This document shows, piece by piece, positions 1 to 7,793 of a stretch of 32,000 nt of DNA. Numbering within the stretch: position 1 is the first letter of the stretch; every line of letters starts with the position of its first letter. The notes beneath the pieces are model-generated. The model ran no database searches, was not told where the DNA came from, and was given only the letters and a program-made list of their open reading frames with translations. Location of the stretch: the NCBI GenBank assembly GCA_041661045.1, contig JBAZVE010000001.1, positions 30,001-62,000 of the forward strand, written 5' to 3'. Source of the stretch: Candidatus Saccharimonadota bacterium. Lineage in GTDB: Bacteria > Patescibacteriota > Gracilibacteria > UBA1369 > 2-02-FULL-48-14. A program made the translations under genes and the position numbers.

Positions 1-2111
1 AATTAAAGAAAATAAGGGGCCGACAGCGCGTTTCCGACCCTAATCCCGAGAACAAATACCAAGTGCTTGAAAAATATACAGTGGACCTCACCCGCAGAGC
101 TGGCGAGGGTAAAATTGATCCCGTCATTGGACGAGATGAGGAAATCCGTCGCACCATGCAAATTCTTTCACGAAGAACTAAAAATAACCCTGTTTTGGTG
201 GGTGAGCCGGGTACCGGAAAAACCGCCATTGTAGAGGGTCTGGCAAAGAAAATCGTGGAAGGAGATGTGCCTGAAAATTTGAAATATAAAAAACTCCTTT
301 CCTTGGACTTGGCCGCCATGATTGCCGGCACCAAGTTCCGTGGGGAATTTGAAGAACGACTCAAAGCGGTGATTACGGAAATTGAAGGATCCAGCGGAGA
401 CATCATTCTTTTCGTCGATGAACTCCATACTATTGTGGGTGCCGGAGGCAGTGCAGACGGAGGTGCAATGGATGCGGGGAATATGCTTAAACCCGCTTTG
501 GCCAGGGGGCAGCTGCGCACCATTGGCGCCACTACCCTTAAAGAGTACCGCCAGCACATCGAAAAGGATGCCGCTTTGGAACGCCGATTCCAACCGATTA
601 TGGTGGAGGAACCCAGCATCAAAGACAGCCTCTCCATCCTTCGTGGAATCAAAGAAAAATATGAAGTTCATCATGGGGTGCGTATTCGTGATAATGCTTT
701 GGTTGCCGCCGTGAATCTTTCGAGCCGCTATATCACCGATCGTTTTTTGCCCGATAAAGCCATCGACCTTATGGATGAAGCGTGCAGCGTGATTCGCATT
801 GAAAACGACAGCATGCCTACTGACATCGACCGCTTGAGAAGAAAGATTTTACAGCTTGAGATTGAGCGGGAGGCTCTTAAAAAAGAAGAGGACAGTGCTT
901 CTCAAAAACGCCTGCAGGAATTGGAAAAAGAATTGGCGGAGTTGAAAGAAGAAAACAAAGGCTTGGAGCTCAAGTGGCGCAAAGAAAAAGAGGCTATGGA
1001 TGAGATGAAAGCGATAGACAAAGAGTTGGAGGACTTGAAACAGGAATCGGCGGCGGCCGAACGCAATGGAGATTTGCAAAAAGTGGCGGAGATTAAGTAT
1101 GCAAAAATACCGGCCTTGAAAGAAAAGGCCGCCGCCCTTGAAAAAAAGATGGAGCGCAAACAAGGTGGTGAAAAACTCCTGCGAGAAGAAGTGACGGAAG
1201 ACGATATTGCCCAAGTGGTTTCGCGCTGGACGGGCATTCCGGTCACCAAAATGTTGGCCCAAGAATCGGACCGTTTGGCGCACCTGGAAGAGGAAATTGG
1301 TAAGCGAGTGATTGGGCAGAAAAAAGCTATTGAGGCCGTGGCAAAAGCGGTGCGCCGCAGCCGGAGTGGACTCCAAGATGAGGATCGCCCGATGGGTTCA
1401 TTTTTATTCCTCGGGCCCACCGGCGTTGGGAAAACCGAATTGGCCAAGGCGCTTGCGGAATCTCTTTTTAGTGACGAACGCCACATGGTTCGCATCGATA
1501 TGTCCGAGTACATGGAAAAACAATCGGTGGCACGACTCGTGGGCTCCCCCCCCGGGTATATCGGCTATGAGGAAGGTGGCCAACTCACGGAGGCGGTTCG
1601 AAGGCACCCTTATTCCGTCGTCCTCTTTGATGAAGTGGAAAAGGCGCACCCGGATGTTTTTAATGTGCTTTTGCAACTCCTGGATGATGGCCATTTGACC
1701 GACAGCAAGGGCCGCACCGTGGATTTTAAAAACAGTGTCATCATCATGACCTCCAATTTACCCCCCGAAAATCTTCAAAGCTTCTTCCGTCCTGAATTTT
1801 TGAACCGCATTGATGGAACTATCCTTTTCGACCGCTTAACCCCGGAAGAAATCACCGAAATTGTAGGCTTGCAAATGGCACGCATCGAAGAACGACTTCA
1901 AAAGAAAGGTATTTCACTCAAGATCAGTCAGGCCGTGCTCAAACACATTGCGGAGGCCGGTTACGACGAAGTCTTTGGTGCTCGCCCCCTCAAACGCTTC
2001 ATTCAAAATGAAATTCTGGATGAACTTTCTCTCCAAATCATCGAGGGTAAACTCAAAGAAGGCGACAGCATAAGCATCGACATGAAAGGAGGGAAAATCA
2101 GCTTCAATTGA
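1..2111 (+). CDS. clpB: ClpB AAA+ disaggregase, 5'-truncated by the window edge
   Basis: Frame 3 is open from nt 3 ([26 protein letters not shown]...), so the gene continues upstream of the listed start at 63. Two Walker A motifs ([16 protein letters not shown]), a long charged coiled-coil middle domain and GARPLKR near the C-terminus. Stop TGA at 2109-2111. Confidence 0.95.
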   Translation, partial: LKKIRGRQRVSDPNPENKYQVLEKYTVDLTRRAGEGKIDPVIGRDEEIRRTMQILSRRTKNNPVLVGEPGTGKTAIVEGLAKKIVEGDVPENLKYKKLLSLDLAAMIAGTKFRGEFEERLKAVITEIEGSSGDIILFVDELHTIVGAGGSADGGAMDAGNMLKPALARGQLRTIGATTLKEYRQHIEKDAALERRFQPIMVEEPSIKDSLSILRGIKEKYEVHHGVRIRDNALVAAVNLSSRYITDRFLPDKAIDLMDEACSVIRIENDSMPTDIDRLRRKILQLEIEREALKKEEDSASQKRLQELEKELAELKEENKGLELKWRKEKEAMDEMKAIDKELEDLKQESAAAERNGDLQKVAEIKYAKIPALKEKAAALEKKMERKQGGEKLLREEVTEDDIAQVVSRWTGIPVTKMLAQESDRLAHLEEEIGKRVIGQKKAIEAVAKAVRRSRSGLQDEDRPMGSFLFLGPTGVGKTELAKALAESLFSDERHMVRIDMSEYMEKQSVARLVGSPPGYIGYEEGGQLTEAVRRHPYSVVLFDEVEKAHPDVFNVLLQLLDDGHLTDSKGRTVDFKNSVIIMTSNLPPENLQSFFRPEFLNRIDGTILFDRLTPEEITEIVGLQMARIEERLQKKGISLKISQAVLKHIAEAGYDEVFGARPLKRFIQNEILDELSLQIIEGKLKEGDSISIDMKGGKISFN

Positions 2112-2188
2112 TGGTGGACCCGATCGGAATCGAACCGACGACCTCTTCCATGCCATGGAAGCGCTCTAGCCAACTGAGCTACGGGCCC
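2112..2188 (-). tRNA. tRNA-Ala (anticodon GGC), CCA encoded
   Basis: Reverse complement GGGCCCGTAGCTCAGTTGGCTAGAGCGCTTCCATGGCATGGAAGAGGTCGTCGGTTCGATTCCGATCGGGTCCACCA folds as a 77-nt cloverleaf. Anticodon loop is AT-GGC-AT, and the G3:U70 pair is the Ala identity element. The gene starts directly after the clpB stop codon. Confidence 0.9.
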
Positions 2189-2252
2189 GTAATGAGGTGA
2201 GGATAACAAAAAAGCGATGCTAGGGTAACTCAGTCCCCGTGGGCATACAAGA

Positions 2253-2675
2253 TTATTTTGCAGCGAGAGCTTCTAGCACTGGAGCTGCCATCACTTCAAC
2301 GACTTGATGAGCTGTTTCTTCTTGTGGGATGGAGAGAGAGGCGGACTGCCTATTGGTGCGAAGCGTCATGAGGTATTGACTGAGCCCTCTGTAGTCTGAA
2401 ATGGAGAGACTGATCTGACCCCGATTACTCGCCATCAAAGCTCTTTCCAAAAAGCTTATCCAATCTCCCCTAATGACCTCCCGAACTTCTGGTTTCACCT
2501 TGAAACAAGTCAAAAAAGTGATCAAACAATGTATTTCTTGTGGGGTATTTGCATCTCTCAAGGCTGCCTTTAATGCACTTGGGTCTTGCCTCCATGTCTC
2601 GAACTGGCGGCGATTGTCTGGAATCGTGTAGCCCTGATCCTCGTTTGTTCTTTTTTCTTTGAGGAAAGTATTCAT
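2253..2675 (-). CDS. hypothetical protein (140 aa)
   Basis: ORF with no competing frame. Same strand as the four genes upstream of it. No motif recognised. Confidence 0.5.
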   Translation of the reverse strand: MNTFLKEKRTNEDQGYTIPDNRRQFETWRQDPSALKAALRDANTPQEIHCLITFLTCFKVKPEVREVIRGDWISFLERALMASNRGQISLSISDYRGLSQYLMTLRTNRQSASLSIPQEETAHQVVEVMAAPVLEALAAK

Positions 2676-2723
2676 CGTCTTTATTGGACTCTTTTTTTAA
2701 GCGAAAAACAACTTGAAAATATG

Positions 2724-3107
2724 TCAAAGTACGGGTAGATTTTTTTCCGCTGCTTTTGTCAATCCATCAAATAATTCATCAGGGCGCTCCATGGCGGAAG
2801 CCTCCATTTCGACTGCGGTGGTGGCAATTTCCAAAACTCCTTCCCACTCTGGCCCCATTTGCTCCTTTTTAATCAAACCATGCCTAAGCATGTGAATAAT
2901 CAGACTCAGCTCAAACTCGTCTTCTTCTTGAGCGTTCTCTCCTAACTCCTGAATTATTTCTTTCTCTAAAAATATCCCAGCTTCTGCTAAAACAGTTTGA
3001 ATCGCTTCATACCAATCGGTAAATTCATCCTCACTGACCCATCGCCTTCCAGCTTCTTCAATAAAGTTGATATCTAATACCTTTATTTCTTCTGGAGATT
3101 CTTCCAT
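2724..3107 (-). CDS. hypothetical acidic protein (127 aa)
   Basis: Clean ORF, strongly Glu/Asp-rich (MEESPEEIK..., ENAQEEDEFE). No motif recognised. Confidence 0.55.
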   Translation of the reverse strand: MEESPEEIKVLDINFIEEAGRRWVSEDEFTDWYEAIQTVLAEAGIFLEKEIIQELGENAQEEDEFELSLIIHMLRHGLIKKEQMGPEWEGVLEIATTAVEMEASAMERPDELFDGLTKAAEKNLPVL

Positions 3108-3162
3108 GCCTGAATTATAACATAAAATTTATGTTAATGGAAGGGCCTGCCAACTGGGGTTG

Positions 3163-3630
3163 CTAGGATTTTTCTACCTGGTTTAGTTTTCTGGGTTGGT
3201 AGTCACATAATCTTTCAAGCCAAGGCTCTGGTGTATCGCCGTTCTCTTCCGTCTTCCGTCTCAACTCCTCTGCAAGGTCTCTCATACGAGCGGCAAGCTC
3301 ATTTTCGAGGTCCGGTTCCTCCCCTCTTTTGTTCAACTCTCCTGCATACTGAGTGACATCTTCCATATCTTCCAAGGCTCGATCCATGAAGCCATTCCTT
3401 TTAAAAATTTTCGCTCGACGCAATCTATGAGCGATCTCTTCCTTAAGAGGAGCTGCCAGCGGGAAATACACTCTATCCATTTCTGCCGTCCACTGATCTT
3501 CCCACTTATTCAATAGAGCTACACTTTCTTCCGTTAGTTTCCCTGGATCGTCAGGGTCTCTTTTTATAAATCCAATGAAATCATGATCTTCTACTATTTC
3601 GTCATCTGGGGGTTCTGGAGAGGTTTCCAT
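3163..3630 (-). CDS. hypothetical acidic protein (155 aa)
   Basis: Clean ORF, Glu/Asp-rich and predicted helical (METSPEPPDDEIVEDHD...). No motif recognised. Confidence 0.55.
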   Translation of the reverse strand: METSPEPPDDEIVEDHDFIGFIKRDPDDPGKLTEESVALLNKWEDQWTAEMDRVYFPLAAPLKEEIAHRLRRAKIFKRNGFMDRALEDMEDVTQYAGELNKRGEEPDLENELAARMRDLAEELRRKTEENGDTPEPWLERLCDYQPRKLNQVEKS

Positions 3631-3694
3631 GACAATTTAATGCTGAATAGGAATTGTAGCACAAATTGATGCTACATGAAAGGCGGTGGGCATT

Positions 3695-5305
3695 TTAATA
3701 CACCACTTTCAGGTAACACGCCGGGCATAGGATGCTTTGTGAGTTCTGCGAAGTGGTGGCGCTGGGAACAGTTTGGCCACAGTGGGTGCAGGCCACTTCT
3801 TGAAGTCGGTATTCCGGGCGTTTGAGCATGCGGTCGGCATGTCTTTGGTCCGGGTGCCTTTTGGGGAGTGGCAGGTCCATGTTTTTATAAAAAGCGAGTT
3901 CTTGTGGTGTGAGTTTGTAGACTTTTCCCGTGACTTCACAGCGGATTGTATCGGGAACATTGGTGTCTGCCGGCGCGGGCATTTCATAATCAGACCACTT
4001 ATAGCCTTTGGCCAAAGCCTCTTCTCGTGTGAGCGGAAAGTGATCCATGACCAGGGTCTCGTTGTATCCGTAAGGATTGAGTTCGACTGGGAAAAATTCA
4101 CCATACTCCCCCGTCTGCTTCATGTGCTCGATGAGCTTGGCACGGAGGATATGGTAGTCGGCCTCGGAATATTGTTTATTAAAAATACAAAAGCGTTTTT
4201 TCTTGAGTCCGGTGCAGCCAAAGCAGTCGCTGCAACCCGTGACTTGAAAGCAGTATTCCAAGTTGGAATTGTTGGTGGTGCAGGTGGAACAAAACTTTAA
4301 GTTGTAAGCGTTGTCTCCACATCCCGCTGAATGATAGATGAGCTCCGCCTTGCAGCCCCAAGAAGTGTAGTCCATGCAATTCTTGGCATGAAGAGCCACT
4401 TTGATGCAGTAACGACAATCTTCAAGATCCTTGGAATCAAAACAGTGAAAGGCGTTTTTGGAATTGTAGAGATGGTCGCCCAGTACATTTTCATTGTTTT
4501 CGCCTTCGGTAGCTTTGCGGGGCTGAGTTAAAAAGAAGGCTTCGGCACGATGCCTCAATTCCGCAATCCCCTCTGGCGTGTTGAGTTTCATTTTTGCTTT
4601 TTCTTGTTCGTATTCTTCCTTGCTGAGCTGTTTGTTGAAAATCATGTACTGCTTGTGGCGCTGGTTCACCGAGGCGATGCAATCTTTGCAACTCACGCAA
4701 CTTTTAAGGAAGAAGCCGTCTTGGCAGCCGGTGCATTCTTGCGAGAATTTTAAGTTGTAGGATTTTTGACAATCGATGCATTCGTAGGCCAATTCACACT
4801 CGTAACAATTGGTGCAGTCCAGCACATTCTTGCAGTGGTAGATTCGATTTGAAAAAGCACAGTCCTCACTGTAATCGCTTTCAGAAACCAAATAACAATT
4901 TTTTAAATAACCTGTGCAGTTGGTGTATTCGCTATTTTCCAGTGTGCCGCCAATCACAAATAAAGAAAGATGCGGAACCTGATTGAGCAGCTCAGCAAAT
5001 TGTTCAAAAAAAGGCCGATTGAAATCCACTTCACGGCCGTACGACAGCGCATCCCACTCGTCTCCCCACCATGTTTCGTAGTGGTAGACCGGAAAGGGCT
5101 GATTTTCATGATAAGTGGAGAGGATGGTTTTGCCGGAAAAGTCACATTTCCTTTTATAGAGCTTCCGCCCATTTCTTTCCTGAAGCCGCCGAATCAGCCG
5201 GCACTCCGGACACTGCTTTGGCGCAGGCACGCCGATTTGTTCATAAAATTTTTGATCCTCCGGAGCGGGTTCAAAGTCGATTTTACATTGCAAACAGGTG
5301 CTCAT
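3695..5305 (-). CDS. Cys-rich multi-zinc-ribbon protein of unknown function (536 aa)
   Basis: N-terminal CxxC...CPxCR ribbon (CLQCKIDF...QCPECRLIRRL) and C-terminal CTHCG...CPACY. Two internally duplicated Cys-ladder segments each end in YNLKF...IFNKQxSxExY. The overlapping ORFs in other frames are much shorter. Confidence 0.8.
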   Translation of the reverse strand: MSTCLQCKIDFEPAPEDQKFYEQIGVPAPKQCPECRLIRRLQERNGRKLYKRKCDFSGKTILSTYHENQPFPVYHYETWWGDEWDALSYGREVDFNRPFFEQFAELLNQVPHLSLFVIGGTLENSEYTNCTGYLKNCYLVSESDYSEDCAFSNRIYHCKNVLDCTNCYECELAYECIDCQKSYNLKFSQECTGCQDGFFLKSCVSCKDCIASVNQRHKQYMIFNKQLSKEEYEQEKAKMKLNTPEGIAELRHRAEAFFLTQPRKATEGENNENVLGDHLYNSKNAFHCFDSKDLEDCRYCIKVALHAKNCMDYTSWGCKAELIYHSAGCGDNAYNLKFCSTCTTNNSNLEYCFQVTGCSDCFGCTGLKKKRFCIFNKQYSEADYHILRAKLIEHMKQTGEYGEFFPVELNPYGYNETLVMDHFPLTREEALAKGYKWSDYEMPAPADTNVPDTIRCEVTGKVYKLTPQELAFYKNMDLPLPKRHPDQRHADRMLKRPEYRLQEVACTHCGQTVPSATTSQNSQSILCPACYLKVVY

Positions 5306-5374
5306 GGGGAGAGCTTAGCATGGCAATTATTTCCTGAGTAGCAATAAAACGAGGCCGACCATGCGGTCTTTCTC

Positions 5375-5956
5375 TTATGCCGCTACTGAAAATGCACGAT
5401 TATTGTTTGCGGCTCGCCCTGTATCGAAATATTGGGTGCTTGAGTAGCCATAAGCATCGCGATCCCAAGCGCTTCCCCAGCCGTTAGCTCTAACGGCAGC
5501 TTGCGTGTGTTCTCTGCCGTCTAATCCTGTAACAACCCAAGGAATTTCACGCCCCTGCCCATCAAAAAAGGTAAAGCGCCCACCACCATCTGCGTTGGCT
5601 TTGATCACTAGGGAAACTCCGTAATTGCTGACTTGGTCTTCTAGCTGCCCGGAATAGCTGATGTCGGCGGAACTCGGTCCATTGGCCTCAGGTCCAAGCT
5701 GTGGTCCGTGCGTGTGGGCCATAGACCAAGTGGGCGTATGCGGATTGAGCCTCAGTTCTTCTTGAATCTTGGCTCTTGTTTGGTCTCCTACTTCGAACTT
5801 GTTCGTTTTAGGACTATCGCCCAGCCCCAAGCCTACACATCCCTCAACATTAAAAACCGTTCCGTCCATTATTCCACCCAAAAGCAGAGCTCCCGTTTCC
5901 GCTTCTTGATTGCGCATTTGCGCATCACCAATTCGAAGCAAATCCTCAACTGACAT
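5375..5956 (-). CDS. JAB/MPN-like (JAMM motif-like) protein, unknown role
   Basis: The listed ORF starts at 5986. An internal ATG at 5954-5956 is preceded by a perfect SD, AAGGAGGT (reverse complement of 5961-5968), 5 nt after the GGAGG core. Motifs: EAETGALLLGG, then AHTHGPQLGPEANGPSSAD (HxH-x11-SxxD; the canonical JAMM spacing is x7). Confidence 0.5.
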   Translation of the reverse strand: MSVEDLLRIGDAQMRNQEAETGALLLGGIMDGTVFNVEGCVGLGLGDSPKTNKFEVGDQTRAKIQEELRLNPHTPTWSMAHTHGPQLGPEANGPSSADISYSGQLEDQVSNYGVSLVIKANADGGGRFTFFDGQGREIPWVVTGLDGREHTQAAVRANGWGSAWDRDAYGYSSTQYFDTGRAANNNRAFSVAA

Positions 5957-6037
5957 GTGAACCTCCTTTGGTATCGTTCGTTCCATGCTGTCATTTTAAC
6001 ACTTATTTTGGCTTCGGCAAGGGTTTGGGCTAAGCAT

Positions 6038-6066
6038 TTGCTAAGGTCGTCAAAAGGGTGTATAAT
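6038..6066 (+). promoter_or_regulatory. sigma70-like promoter for the 6091-7333 operon
   Basis: TTGCTA (6038-6043), a 17-nt spacer, then TATAAT (6061-6066); 24 nt upstream of the ATG at 6091. Confidence 0.5.
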
Positions 6067-6090
6067 ATTGGATGTATTAAATGAAAATTT

Positions 6091-6378
6091 ATGCTAACAC
6101 TTAATGAAGTGATCCAAGTTGATGGTGGAGACAGACCCCTTCTTCCATCTGAAATTGATGGAGTTTTAGCCGCTGCACTTCCAGAAGACTATTCGGGGCT
6201 GATTGGGCTTCGCAGTTCAGAGTTTAGGGCACGAGTTGGCGATCTAGATTTAGGAGATTTAGTAAGAAAAGCTGAGGCAAATGCAGTAAATTCTGACCAC
6301 TATGAGCCAGGCTCTAACTCTAGTAACGCCGTACTAAGAGCGGTTGCAGCAGTTAGGCGAGACTTCCTCAATGAATAG
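6091..6378 (+). CDS. hypothetical protein (95 aa)
   Basis: ORF directly downstream of the promoter at 6038-6066. No motif recognised. Confidence 0.5.
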   Translation: MLTLNEVIQVDGGDRPLLPSEIDGVLAAALPEDYSGLIGLRSSEFRARVGDLDLGDLVRKAEANAVNSDHYEPGSNSSNAVLRAVAAVRRDFLNE

Positions 6379-6420
6379 GGCTATTTTTGATCGTATTAGG
6401 GTTACTTTTAATTATTTTGT

Positions 6421-6627
6421 ATGGATCGTGTCCCAATAGCCTTGTCTGGGCCTCAAAGATTAGTTTTAGAGGCAATCACCCTATCTCACACGGGGATGCA
6501 ATCCGCTTGGCTTAGACAAAGAACTCTTGATGAATGTGGAGCAACTTTGGGAGACTTACAAACACTATTAGAGGAAGGTTTAGTTGAGCTCAGAGCTGAC
6601 CGTTACTTCGCGACTTCAAAAAAGTAA
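6421..6627 (+). CDS. small hypothetical protein (68 aa), possibly winged-helix-like
   Basis: ORF whose stop lies 4 nt before the methyltransferase ATG. A helix-rich pattern (LVLEAITLSH...LQTLLEEGLVELRADRY) is the only hint of a fold. Confidence 0.4.
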   Translation: MDRVPIALSGPQRLVLEAITLSHTGMQSAWLRQRTLDECGATLGDLQTLLEEGLVELRADRYFATSKK

Positions 6628-6631
6628 ACCT

Positions 6632-7333
6632 ATGAAAGATACTTTTGGGCAAGCCTTGTATGGGTACTGGAAGGGCGATCATAAAACGCCTCATTTCGTT
6701 AGGCGGGAGGATGGCTTTTTAGATGAGACTCCTAATGCTGATTATTTTCGGCCCGAGCTTATGTCCAAGGAGAAAGCTTTGGTCAAATTCGCTCGTGGGA
6801 AGATTTTGGATGTCGGCTCCGGGGCTGGTCGAGCGCTACTCTATTTTGGAAAGAAGGGTTTTGATATTTGTGGAATCGACTTCTCCCCTCTTGCTGTTCG
6901 CGTTTGTAAGGAACGGGGACTAAAGGCTGAGATGAAGGATGTTTTCAAAATGCGAAAAACTTCTGCATACAATACTGTTTTGCTCTTTGGAAACAACATT
7001 GGAATTGGCGGCGATTTGAAAGGAGCCGAGAACTTACTTAAAAAATTGAACACACTTGTCGACAAAAAAGGCCGTGTGCTGCTCACCAGTATGGATGTTA
7101 GCAAGACGGACAATCCAAAGCATAAGGCTTATCACCAAATGAATCTCAAAAGGAGAAAGTATGTGGGTGAGGTGAAAATTCGAGTGGAATACAAGAAAGC
7201 CATTGGAACTTACTTCAAGTGGATTCATCTTGATTCCGAAAAACTTAAGGAACTCGCGGCAAAAACGGGGTGGAAGGTCATTTACCTTAAAGTCACTAAG
7301 GATGGCTCTTACTCGGCGGTTCTGGAGAAGTAG
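6632..7333 (+). CDS. class I SAM-dependent methyltransferase
   Basis: SAM-binding motif I ILDVGSGAGRALLYF followed by DICGIDFS. The start was moved from the listed 6584 to the ATG at 6632 (MKDTFGQ...) to avoid overlap with the upstream ORF. Confidence 0.8.
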   Translation: MKDTFGQALYGYWKGDHKTPHFVRREDGFLDETPNADYFRPELMSKEKALVKFARGKILDVGSGAGRALLYFGKKGFDICGIDFSPLAVRVCKERGLKAEMKDVFKMRKTSAYNTVLLFGNNIGIGGDLKGAENLLKKLNTLVDKKGRVLLTSMDVSKTDNPKHKAYHQMNLKRRKYVGEVKIRVEYKKAIGTYFKWIHLDSEKLKELAAKTGWKVIYLKVTKDGSYSAVLEK

Positions 7334-7389
7334 ACTCTAGAATCGTAGTAGGTCGCACGCGGATAATTTTGAACTTTTCTGATGTCCAC

Positions 7390-7749
7390 CTAAGTACGCA
7401 ATGGAGGCTCTTCTTCACCCTTTGGAAGTACTGGCAATGGTTCTATAGGAGGAGGCGGGAGCACAGGTAATGCCTGACAACATTCACATGAACAACCGAT
7501 TGGATGGCCTGGGCCACAAGGTTCCGATGGATCTACTATCGTGGACTCTTCTAAATTTATTGAGCAGCCTTTCTCCACCCTCTGCGCAAATTCAACCTGC
7601 CAACAAGGAACTCCTTCTTTTGAAAATGGAGTGGGGTCGACTTGAGTTTGAGTTGGCTTTATCCCTTCTTCAGCCAAAACAGGGCTGGAGCTTGCCAGAA
7701 AGATGGATAACATTGTTTCTTTCATCTCTATATTGGTTGATACTGCCAC
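7390..7749 (-). CDS. small Cys/Pro-rich protein, probably secreted
   Basis: Signal-peptide-like MKETMLSIFLASSSPVLA (from the internal Met at 7725), a Cys cluster (PCGPGHPIGCSCECCQ) and a proline-rich tail (LPVLPPPPIEPLPVLP). Confidence 0.45.
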   Translation of the reverse strand: MAVSTNIEMKETMLSIFLASSSPVLAEEGIKPTQTQVDPTPFSKEGVPCWQVEFAQRVEKGCSINLEESTIVDPSEPCGPGHPIGCSCECCQALPVLPPPPIEPLPVLPKGEEEPPLRT

Positions 7750-7793
7750 TCATTTTAACATTAATTGTCGAAAAGTCATCAACCTGTCTACAC

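Noticed and set aside
168-1694. Several ORFs of 96-203 aa overlapping clpB on either strand (for example 168-674, 849-1376, 902-1513, 1312-1698, 1404-1694).
   Set aside because: They lie entirely inside a strongly conserved ClpB reading frame. Their products are low-complexity (runs of F, S, L, R) with no motifs, as expected for shadow ORFs.
2109-2111. Possibility of an alternative genetic code with UGA recoded, as in some uncultivated lineages.
   Set aside because: clpB, sufC and other conserved genes terminate at TGA at the expected protein length. In addition, clpB's TGA is followed immediately by a tRNA gene. Together these indicate the standard bacterial code.
5349-5374. A small GACC-atgc-GGTC hairpin followed by a T-rich run, as a possible terminator.
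   Set aside because: The stem is only 4 bp, and its orientation (+ strand) does not follow any + strand gene, since both neighbours are on the minus strand.
6584-6631. The listed start of the methyltransferase ORF at 6584, which overlaps the upstream small ORF.
   Set aside because: The extension (MSSELTVTSRLQKSKP) overlaps the 6421-6627 ORF in another frame. The ATG at 6632 gives a normal methyltransferase N-terminus.
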